Below the pieces are notes generated by a model, which ran no database searches, was not told where the DNA came from, and saw only the letters and a list, made by a program, of their open reading frames with translations. A stretch of DNA of 47,145 bases from a virus. The stretch is taken from the IMG/VR virus record IMGVR_UViG_3300050187_000010, positions 1 through 47,145 of that record. One strand, given 5' to 3'. The first letter of the stretch is position 1, and the number at the start of each line of letters is the position of its first letter. Positions 1 through 6,576 of the stretch are shown here, in pieces. The translations under genes and the position numbers were made by a program.

Positions 1-99
1 ACCAAACAACTGTCAAGTTCTTTTCCGCCTGAATAACGCAGGCGCCGGACACGGTAACCGGACTGAATGGCTTGGCAGTTGGAACTCACGACAGGCGGA
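1..99. repeat. Terminal direct repeat, copy 1 (identical to 47047-47145); marks circular closure or terminal redundancy
   Basis: Base-by-base comparison: ACCAAACAACTGTCAAG...CACGACAGGCGGA occurs at both contig ends (99/99). Confidence 0.95.
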
Positions 100-112
100 T
101 AACTGTCGAGCC

Positions 113-253
113 CTCTTCAGTATCGGCTCTGCTCCTTGGTTCCACGCAGGGCAGTCTGGCTGTGATCGTTCGCAAGTGGCATACCGTATATGCCCCCGAC
201 GATTCCATAGGACCAGCAGTGAACAGAGCACAATTAGAGCCGATACTGAAGAG
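113..253 (+). repeat. Perfect 18-bp inverted repeat (113-130 / 236-253) enclosing a 105-nt branched loop
   Basis: CTCTTCAGTATCGGCTCT vs AGAGCCGATACTGAAGAG. Nested stems: GGCATA 178-183 / TATGCC 189-194 and ATCGT 165-169 / ACGAT 199-203. Confidence 0.85.
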
Positions 254-441
254 CGATTCGATGAAGCGCACAAAGGTACGATAGATTATTCCTACCTTTG
301 CATCCCTCACGTAAGCGCTATAGCGTGAGATCAAGCTGACACGGTGAACTGTGCGACGCGGAAGCCAGAAGTCAGTATCCGCAGTTTCAAAGTCCCCCCA
401 GCTCCCCGATGTGAGAGTCTCCGGCTGGGTGGGCGGGGAAG

Positions 442-483
442 GAGCCAGGTTAATCCATTGTGGGAGACTGGCTCTTTTCTTTT
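442..483 (+). terminator. Candidate intrinsic terminator closing the junction non-coding segment
   Basis: GAGCCAG (442-448) pairs with CTGGCTC (468-474) and is followed by TTTTCTTTT. The loop is long (19 nt), so confidence is moderate. Confidence 0.4.
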
Positions 484-510
484 AAAGTCCTTGTAAAAGT
501 TTCTGCAATT

Positions 511-552
511 CTTGATTGACTCCGCGCGGATATTCCGGTTAAATACTCGCGC
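511..552 (+). promoter_or_regulatory. Composite promoter copy A (TTGACT-17-TTAAAT with two CGCGCG-type boxes)
   Basis: CTTGATTGACTCCGCGCGGATATTCCGGTTAAATACTCGCGC. The -35 is at 516-521 and the -10 at 539-544. It lies upstream of the first + strand gene. Confidence 0.55.
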
Positions 553-586
553 ACGAACGTGGCAACACACCAGGAGATCTCTCACA

Positions 587-859
587 ATGCTATTCAAATT
601 TCATTTCGTTGTACTTGGTGGCCATACACATATCCGGCTATTTACTGGCCCAGGCAGTGGTAGCTTAGCTAAAGCCGGAGAATTTGTTCTCCGCAACGAA
701 GAATTCAAACATCTTCGCGATGGTATCGAAGATACACTTTGCCAAGGCGCAAGTATGACTCACACTAAACTAAGTCATCCTATAGGCCATGACATAGAAT
801 TTATTGAGGAAGAAGCCTATCCAGCTCCCAGATCTATTTTCTGGCGATTCCCTCGCTAA
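587..859 (+). CDS. Hypothetical early protein
   Basis: The ATG at 587 is preceded by CCAGGAGATCTCTCACA, and the same 17-mer precedes the ATG at 898. The ORF-track start at 512 would overlap the promoter. No motif recognised. Confidence 0.5.
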   Translation: MLFKFHFVVLGGHTHIRLFTGPGSGSLAKAGEFVLRNEEFKHLRDGIEDTLCQGASMTHTKLSHPIGHDIEFIEEEAYPAPRSIFWRFPR

Positions 860-897
860 TCCCAGCATGATTACTAACTTTCCAGGAGATCTCTCAC

Positions 898-1431
898 ATG
901 TCCTCAAAAGCCAAGCTCCATGCCCGGCGCCGCGCGCAGCGTTTCGGTGACCTCGACCAGCTATTAGCTGAAGCCCTCAAAGACCAACGCAAGGGCGAGG
1001 GCGCTGTCAAGCGTCTCAAAGGCGTTAACCAAGCCATCCACGAACAGTTCTCCAACCCCGCAAATTGGACCGCTTTAGGCGTTGTCCTAGTCATGTACGT
1101 TGATGAACTGACAGGTGAACAGCAAACCGTTGGCTTGTTTCAAGACCTTCGCCACAAATCAGGCGCTAGAAAACTAACCCGTGTCGCAATGGCTGATTTA
1201 GCCATGGGCTTCAACCAGGAAATCACTCACGATCCCTTTCTGGTAAAACAACCTGAACCTATCTGCCCGCCGGCGGCACCAGCTAATCCTTACGAACGCC
1301 AAGCAATACGTGATTATGTTACTAGGGTTACTACACAGCAGCAATCTTTGGCTGAATTTACCGGCTCAAAACTAGACGCTGCAGCTTTGTTGCGGGAGCT
1401 GAAACAGATGGGGGTTGAGAGAATTCATTAA
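898..1431 (+). CDS. Hypothetical protein
   Basis: 177-aa ORF with a GGAGA Shine-Dalgarno sequence. No motif recognised. Confidence 0.6.
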   Translation: MSSKAKLHARRRAQRFGDLDQLLAEALKDQRKGEGAVKRLKGVNQAIHEQFSNPANWTALGVVLVMYVDELTGEQQTVGLFQDLRHKSGARKLTRVAMADLAMGFNQEITHDPFLVKQPEPICPPAAPANPYERQAIRDYVTRVTTQQQSLAEFTGSKLDAAALLRELKQMGVERIH

Positions 1432-1444
1432 AGGAAAGGCTATC

Positions 1445-2221
1445 ATGAAAGTTCAAGTTCTAGACCACGGCTACGTCGAACTAATCGAATGCTGGGGCAC
1501 CGGAAAAGCTGGAGTTGAAGACCCCCACGACGCCGCAAATGACTTCGAAGCCGGTATTATAGAAGCCGCACGGCAGTCAACTCAAGGTTCGTTTAGGGGC
1601 TGGAACACAACCCCCTGCAGCTGTGATTCAACCCCCCATGCAAAGAGCTGTAGCTATAGCCCTGGCGATAAACAATTGCTGCGGTATCTCTACAAACATC
1701 AGCATCTAACTCCCTTTGAATTTGCTGGTATGGTAATTGAGGTTCAAGCACCAATCTTTGTATTCCGTGAATGGCAAAGGCACAGAACACAGTCGTATAA
1801 CGAAATGTCTGCGCGATACGCCCCGCTGCCAGATATAAACTACGTGCCGACAGTTGAACGTCTGTTACAACAGGTAACTGGCAGCAACAAGCAAGCTGCA
1901 GCGGTTGAAGGTTCCAGACCTTTTACTATCCATGAAGCAGAAGTCTTTCAGGATGGCCTTCAAGACCAATATGAAGAAGCACAGGAGTTTTATTCCAACT
2001 GGCTTACACTAGGCGTCCCTAAGGAATTAGCCAGAGTATGTCTGCCCGTCGGCCGTTACTCTCGCATGCGAGCTTCGACAAGTCTGCGTAACTGGCTAGC
2101 GTTTTTAACGCTACGCTTGGATTCAACTGCGCAGTGGGAGATTCGTCAGTTTGCTGAAGCGGTCAGCCAACTCGTTGCCGAGAAATTCCCACGAACTTGG
2201 GAGCTGTTTTGTGAAGACTGA
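1445..2221 (+). CDS. thyX: Flavin-dependent thymidylate synthase ThyX
   Basis: The ThyX signature RHRxxSxxxxSxRY is present as QRHRTQSYNEMSARY. The N-terminus MKVQVLDHGYVELIE from the ATG at 1445 is typical. Confidence 0.85.
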   Translation: MKVQVLDHGYVELIECWGTGKAGVEDPHDAANDFEAGIIEAARQSTQGSFRGWNTTPCSCDSTPHAKSCSYSPGDKQLLRYLYKHQHLTPFEFAGMVIEVQAPIFVFREWQRHRTQSYNEMSARYAPLPDINYVPTVERLLQQVTGSNKQAAAVEGSRPFTIHEAEVFQDGLQDQYEEAQEFYSNWLTLGVPKELARVCLPVGRYSRMRASTSLRNWLAFLTLRLDSTAQWEIRQFAEAVSQLVAEKFPRTWELFCED

Positions 2222-2456
2222 CGCTGAAGCCTTCACCCAAGACCCAACTCTGCCTCATTACCACCAATGTGGGCGGTTGGCGGGCGGTCTGCTGCCAGAC
2301 TTTGGATGCAGACACGTCTGGCAACATGCTGCTGAACCAACTAAGAATTACGTCAAGTACAGCACCCAACACAAATGCCCTTTGTGCGGCAAAGGCCCCT
2401 GGTATTACGTGTTATCGGAAGAGGAATTTGAAAGTGCACACAGTGAAACAAGATAG
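2211..2456 (+). CDS. Small Cys/His-rich (zinc-ribbon-like) protein
   Basis: An in-frame GTG at 2211 follows GGGAG. Contains HQCG...CRH...CPLCG. The start is uncertain. Confidence 0.35.
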   Translation: MKTDAEAFTQDPTLPHYHQCGRLAGGLLPDFGCRHVWQHAAEPTKNYVKYSTQHKCPLCGKGPWYYVLSEEEFESAHSETR

Positions 2457-2874
2457 AAATCCTTGGCGCCCCTTAATATCTGTTGACTTCGACGGTGTTC
2501 TCCACCAATACGACGGGATATGGTCCCCAGGACGAATAACAGGTGACCCTGTTCCAGGAGCCATTAAATGGCTAGTCGGTCTTTACTGTGAAGATCGCTG
2601 TGACGTAGCTATCAGCTCTGCTCGCTCGCGTTATCTTCGTGGGCAGTTTGCAATGCGACAATGGATGAAGAGGCAACTTTTTGACGAGCTAGGTAATCAG
2701 CCCCCCGACGATTTCTGGGAAGTGGTTTACGATTGGTTAAAGTGGCCAATTATTAAGCCTGGTGCTTTGATTTATATCGATGATCGTGCGTACTGTTTTG
2801 AGGGTAGCTGGCCAACAACCAGTGAAATGCTACGTTTCCAGCCCTGGAACCGCCGGACTAAAACCAATTCTTGA
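2434..2874 (+). CDS. HAD-superfamily phosphatase / nucleotidase-like protein
   Basis: Contains SVDFDGVL (DxDxV motif I) and IYIDDR (acidic motif). In-frame GTGs at 2434 and 2443 lie near the end of the preceding ORF. The start is uncertain. Confidence 0.55.
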   Translation: MHTVKQDRNPWRPLISVDFDGVLHQYDGIWSPGRITGDPVPGAIKWLVGLYCEDRCDVAISSARSRYLRGQFAMRQWMKRQLFDELGNQPPDDFWEVVYDWLKWPIIKPGALIYIDDRAYCFEGSWPTTSEMLRFQPWNRRTKTNS

Positions 2875-2910
2875 TTGACGTGCGCGGGTATTCCATGAGA
2901 TAATCCACGC
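2870..2910 (+). promoter_or_regulatory. Composite promoter copy B
   Basis: CTTGATTGACGTGCGCGGGTATTCCATGAGATAATCCACGC. It has the same architecture as copy A and overlaps the stop codon of the HAD gene. Confidence 0.5.
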
Positions 2911-2942
2911 ATGAAATTGCAATTAGGGTTAGAGGTCTAATT

Positions 2943-3227
2943 ATGTCTGACAAAATTAGAGTACTCCGTATCCTTGAATACGTTGGGGAACGAGCAGCAG
3001 TTGAAGCTACACTCTCGAATTCAATCTACGGTGAAAAAACTTTTCAACAGCATATAGCAGGCCGTCACCTCGGCAGCGTTACAATACGCGCAGCAACTCT
3101 AGGCAATTTCCCGGAAATCTTAGAAAAAGCAAAATGCCGTGCTACAGCGGTAAACCCAGATTCTGAGTTAGAAGGTTATTGCTCTTTGCCGTACGATCAT
3201 TCTGGCCCCCACGACTTCGGGTTTTAG
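2943..3227 (+). CDS. Hypothetical protein
   Basis: 94-aa ORF downstream of promoter B with an AGAGG Shine-Dalgarno sequence. Confidence 0.5.
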   Translation: MSDKIRVLRILEYVGERAAVEATLSNSIYGEKTFQQHIAGRHLGSVTIRAATLGNFPEILEKAKCRATAVNPDSELEGYCSLPYDHSGPHDFGF

Positions 3228-3232
3228 CCATC

Positions 3233-3580
3233 ATGTCCTCAGGTCGCCCCCAAAAAATCCTTCGCCCAACTGCGCTCAACACAGTAATCCCTGAGGATCT
3301 ACGTGCGAAGCTCGACTTACACTTGTTCAGCTCGGTTGAAAACCGCATCCCTCACGGGGCTTATAGCAAGTTTATCACTGAGCTGTTGCAGAAGTTTTTC
3401 GAAGGCGGAGTAACAGAGCGAAATCCTAACCTAGCATTAATAGACCAACATGGGCTAAAAGCTCTTGGTCTGTTAACCAAAATCGCGCTAACTGATCTTC
3501 GCACAGGCTGGTCTGCTGACCGCATCACCGAAGTCGTCCGCGAGGCTCGCGAAATCACTGGAAAGGTGCCCGTGAAATGA
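3233..3580 (+). CDS. Hypothetical protein, possible ribbon-helix-helix DNA binder
   Basis: ATG at 3233. The N-terminus (LNTVIPEDLRAKLDLH...SKFITELLQKFF) looks like an Arc/CopG-type strand-helix-helix. This is weak. Confidence 0.4.
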   Translation: MSSGRPQKILRPTALNTVIPEDLRAKLDLHLFSSVENRIPHGAYSKFITELLQKFFEGGVTERNPNLALIDQHGLKALGLLTKIALTDLRTGWSADRITEVVREAREITGKVPVK

Positions 3581-3804
3581 TCGTTCAAAATCCTGAACTA
3601 CTCAACCGTATCGCTGAGTGGCGGCGCAAGGCTACTGACGGCACGATCAGTCTTGAAGAAATGCGTGAAGCTATTAAAGTGCTGCGCGAGAACCGAATCA
3701 GTGCAACGGCTGAAGCAGCAAAACCAAAGTCTAGCAGGGGCAAGAAAGCTCCAGTCACCCCAGTTGACGCCGGAGATCTGCTTGATCAACTAAAAGGGCT
3801 TTAA
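3577..3804 (+). CDS. Hypothetical protein with C-terminal VDAGDLLDQLKGL tail
   Basis: ATGA overlap with the previous gene. Basic linker KPKSSRGKKAP followed by the VDAxxLL tail. Confidence 0.55.
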   Translation: MIVQNPELLNRIAEWRRKATDGTISLEEMREAIKVLRENRISATAEAAKPKSSRGKKAPVTPVDAGDLLDQLKGL

Positions 3805-3807
3805 GCT

Positions 3808-3954
3808 ATGGAAACTTGGATGTGGATTTGTATAGCTTATATACTTGGCTGTATACTAGGTTATATAATCGGAAAGCAAGTCGGCTGGCAAAAGGGCTTT
3901 CTAGAAGCTAAACGTATTGTCAATCAGTATAATTGGCCGTTTTCGCCCAAATGA
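3808..3954 (+). CDS. Small membrane protein (48 aa, not in ORF track)
   Basis: Translated by hand: METWMWICIAYILGCILGYIIGKQ... has one TM helix. Its stop overlaps the next ATG (ATGA). Confidence 0.4.
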   Translation: METWMWICIAYILGCILGYIIGKQVGWQKGFLEAKRIVNQYNWPFSPK

Positions 3955-4157
3955 GCACCCCTCTCTATCACCTGCGGAAGCACTTTAACTTCCGCCCTAA
4001 CTTCAGCCGCGAATGCCGCGAATGCGGCGCTCGGCCAACTGTCATTGTCGAGGGCCATGCAGTTTCACAAACTGATCTTTGCGGCCCGCATTTTTTTGCT
4101 GATCGCCTGATGGTAGATTGGCAGTTGTGGAATGAACAAGAGGAGGCGACAGAATGA
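3951..4157 (+). CDS. Small Cys-containing protein
   Basis: The ATG at 3951 is coupled to the upstream stop. Contains CRECG...CGPH. Confidence 0.45.
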   Translation: MSTPLYHLRKHFNFRPNFSRECRECGARPTVIVEGHAVSQTDLCGPHFFADRLMVDWQLWNEQEEATE

Positions 4158-4339
4158 AAACTAGAATAACTATCACAATTACAGTTGAGTACGAACAACA
4201 ACCTTCTCTGTATGCAGAAGCCGACAGAACACCGGAACGAATGCTAGCTGTTGATCTGCAAGGGGCCAAAGACGATCCATACTTGTTTATGGAAATGGAT
4301 ATTGCAGTATTAGATGTTACAGGACAGGTGATAGAATGA
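4154..4339 (+). CDS. Hypothetical protein
   Basis: ATGA overlaps on both sides. Confidence 0.45.
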   Translation: MKTRITITITVEYEQQPSLYAEADRTPERMLAVDLQGAKDDPYLFMEMDIAVLDVTGQVIE

Positions 4340-5367
4340 TTAACGACTATCTACTCGATCAAACCACTACCAGTGGGGTTTCCGCCGAGGGCACGCAAAT
4401 CCCCTTCGTCGCAGGATTCCCTGAAATCTTCGACTCTTCCATGCTCGCCTCTCGCAAGGCTTGCCCCGAGCAATTCCGCAAAACTTATATCCAGCACTGG
4501 AAAGCCAAAGGCACCAGCGTTCACCTTCATGCCGGCGGAGCCTTCGCCAAGGGTTTAGAAGTAACCCGCAAGGCTTTCTACACTGGCGAGATCGTAGGCT
4601 TCGTCAACGGCCAGTGGGTTTCAATCCAACGCGAGCCTCAAGATGCTGGCACCGCTATCGCCTTAGGTCTCAAAGCTCTTTTAGCCTTCTATGGCGGCTT
4701 CGATTGCCCCTCGGCCAGTGCCAAGTCTGCCGAGCGCATGTGCGGGGCTTTTGAATTCTACTTCTCCAACTACCCCCTTGATCACGACGATGGACATCCT
4801 ATCACAGTCCCCGGCGGCGCCCGTGCCATCGAATACAGTTTTGCTCATCCTCTCCCTATACAGCACCCTGTCACAGGTAACCCTCTGCTCTACGTCGGCC
4901 GTATGGACGCAATTATACAGTACGCGGGCGGCTGCTATATCTGCGACGAAAAAACTACTACCCAACTTGGAGCTTCGTGGCCACGCCAGTGGGACCTACG
5001 TGGTCAGTTTACTGGCTATGCCTGGGGCTGCCAGCAAGCTGGAATCAAAGTTGAGGGAGCTATCGTTCGCGGTGTGTCGATCCTCAAAACTAAGTACGAC
5101 ACCGCGCAATCGATTAACTATCGACCAGAATGGCAGATTAATCGTTGGTACGACGAACTGCTGGAATGGGTCGAAGACACTATCAGGGACTGGAAACAGC
5201 GTGGGCCAGACAAGCCCTGGCGCCATAACCTCGATCATTCCTGCGCCGAATACGGTGGTTGCCAATTCCGCGAAGCCTGTCTATCGATGGACGAACAGCC
5301 ATGGCTGGAAACTGCGTTTGAAAGGCGGGAGTGGAATCCCTTGCTAAGAGAGGAGAAGAAGCTATGA
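4336..5367 (+). CDS. PD-(D/E)XK (Cas4/RecB-like) exonuclease with Cys cluster
   Basis: GRMDAI...CDEKTT gives the D...(D/E)xK core. There is one N-terminal Cys (ACPEQF) and a C-terminal CAEYGGCQFREAC, as in Cas4/AddB Fe-S nucleases. Confidence 0.75.
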   Translation: MINDYLLDQTTTSGVSAEGTQIPFVAGFPEIFDSSMLASRKACPEQFRKTYIQHWKAKGTSVHLHAGGAFAKGLEVTRKAFYTGEIVGFVNGQWVSIQREPQDAGTAIALGLKALLAFYGGFDCPSASAKSAERMCGAFEFYFSNYPLDHDDGHPITVPGGARAIEYSFAHPLPIQHPVTGNPLLYVGRMDAIIQYAGGCYICDEKTTTQLGASWPRQWDLRGQFTGYAWGCQQAGIKVEGAIVRGVSILKTKYDTAQSINYRPEWQINRWYDELLEWVEDTIRDWKQRGPDKPWRHNLDHSCAEYGGCQFREACLSMDEQPWLETAFERREWNPLLREEKKL

Positions 5368-5540
5368 CCCTTTGGAATCTCATTGGTCGTTGGTGGGGGC
5401 TGGCTGTTGCAATTGCAGCTATTAGTCTCGCCGGAGTAGTTTCAGCATTTTTACCTTTACCATTAGGCAGCATCGTTGCAATGCCTATTGGTATACTAGG
5501 TGGGATTACCATGCTTGCGATTGGGGCTCGTTATGAATGA
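5364..5540 (+). CDS. Small two-TM membrane protein
   Basis: ATGA overlap. The sequence is hydrophobic (WWGLAVAIAAISLAGVV...IGILGGITMLAIG). Confidence 0.5.
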   Translation: MTLWNLIGRWWGLAVAIAAISLAGVVSAFLPLPLGSIVAMPIGILGGITMLAIGARYE

Positions 5541-5871
5541 GGTTTTAGCTAAAGCCTCTCCAAAATTCTGCATCAACTGCAGGCACATCGGCACTAATTC
5601 CAGCCAGGATGCTTCTCGCTACCGATGTTTTGCGCCGCAGAATTTAGTCCGTAAAGGCTTTGATCTAGTCACTGGTAACTGCGCAGACGAATATAGATAT
5701 CCAGATTGTTATACAGCTAGGTTAGACCACGCTGAAGATTCCTGTGGAACAGAAGCCAAGTGGTTTGAGGGTCGGTCAAAGCCGGTTTTTCCATCGGCGG
5801 CTCCAAGCACTGCATATTCTACCGGTAGCCAGGTTACTACCCTGCTCAACCAACTCAGTTCTATGAAGTAA
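5533..5871 (+). CDS. Cys-rich hypothetical protein
   Basis: The ATG at 5533 overlaps the upstream stop. Contains CINCRH...C...C...C...CG. Confidence 0.5.
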   Translation: MNEVLAKASPKFCINCRHIGTNSSQDASRYRCFAPQNLVRKGFDLVTGNCADEYRYPDCYTARLDHAEDSCGTEAKWFEGRSKPVFPSAAPSTAYSTGSQVTTLLNQLSSMK

Positions 5872-5890
5872 CCAAAGGGGAACTTTTTAA

Positions 5891-6190
5891 ATGTTAACTA
5901 TCAAACCAGGTGTTCGTGTACGTGGGCTCTCAAACGAAATTCTGTTAGCTATTATTATAGCTAAAGAGGTATTTGCTGAATTCAAAGAAGATCTAACGAT
6001 AACTTCGTTAACTGACGGCAAGCACATGTCAGGATCGTTACACTATACCGGTGACGCAGTAGATCTGCGGCTGCCAAAAGATCTCTCAATTGAAGTCGCG
6101 CTTCTCAGCGAACTACAAGCGGCTTTAGAAACAGGCTATGACGTAGTTTGGGAAACTAACCACATTCATATCGAATATGATCCTGTGTGA
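5891..6190 (+). CDS. Small LAS/M15-family metallopeptidase-like protein
   Basis: SLHYTGDAVDL (HxxxxxD) plus HIHIE (HxH) resembles the Zn ligand pattern of the D-Ala-D-Ala carboxypeptidase / L-Ala-D-Glu peptidase fold. It is only 99 aa. Confidence 0.55.
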   Translation: MLTIKPGVRVRGLSNEILLAIIIAKEVFAEFKEDLTITSLTDGKHMSGSLHYTGDAVDLRLPKDLSIEVALLSELQAALETGYDVVWETNHIHIEYDPV

Positions 6191-6201
6191 GGTGATTTAT
6201 C

Positions 6202-6576
6202 ATGCAGCGAAAAGACAAGACAGCAGCCAAGGTCAAAACCAGGGGCAATAGAGAGATCAAAGATAAAAACTGGACTCCACTTTATTTTAAGTGGCCTCCA
6301 GTTTTTGAAGTTGACACTCCACGCAGCTATGAAGAGGCTCCAGTTGAACTAAAACAACCCTCAGACAACATCAACCACCCTCCACATTACACTAATCATC
6401 CCAGCGGTATCGAATGCATTCAGATTACAGAACACATGAACTTCTGCTGCGGCAACGCAATAAAATATATCTGGCGTGCGGGGCTTAAGTCTACTTCTCC
6501 TCTGGAAGATCTGCGCAAAGCCAAGTGGTACATCACGAGAGAAATCGAGCGTTTGGAAAAAGTGAGACTGCGCTAA
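6202..6576 (+). CDS. DUF3310-family phage protein
   Basis: INHPPHYTNHPSGIECIQITEHMNFCCGNAIKYIWRAG matches the DUF3310 core as I recall it. Confidence 0.7.
   Translation: MQRKDKTAAKVKTRGNREIKDKNWTPLYFKWPPVFEVDTPRSYEEAPVELKQPSDNINHPPHYTNHPSGIECIQITEHMNFCCGNAIKYIWRAGLKSTSPLEDLRKAKWYITREIERLEKVRLR

Noticed and set aside
70-88. Sigma-54-like TGGCA element
   Set aside because: There is no TTGC(A/T) -12 element at the required spacing.
246-290. Hammerhead-like CTGAAGAG...GAAGCG core
   Set aside because: Only the CUGAnGA-like heptamer is present. There is no properly placed GAAA or helix II/III, and it is simply the 3' arm of the 18-bp inverted repeat.
72-334. ORF-track ORFs in the junction region (72-284 +, 13-273 -, 86-334 -, 331-597 -)
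   Set aside because: They have non-ATG starts or no Shine-Dalgarno sequence, they overlap each other and the strong inverted repeats or promoter A, and their composition looks non-coding.
2151-2874. Long ORF-track versions of 2151-2456 and 2269-2874
   Set aside because: The upstream parts overlap thyX or each other extensively. The shorter in-frame GTG starts (2211 and 2434) give a compact arrangement, although the starts remain uncertain.
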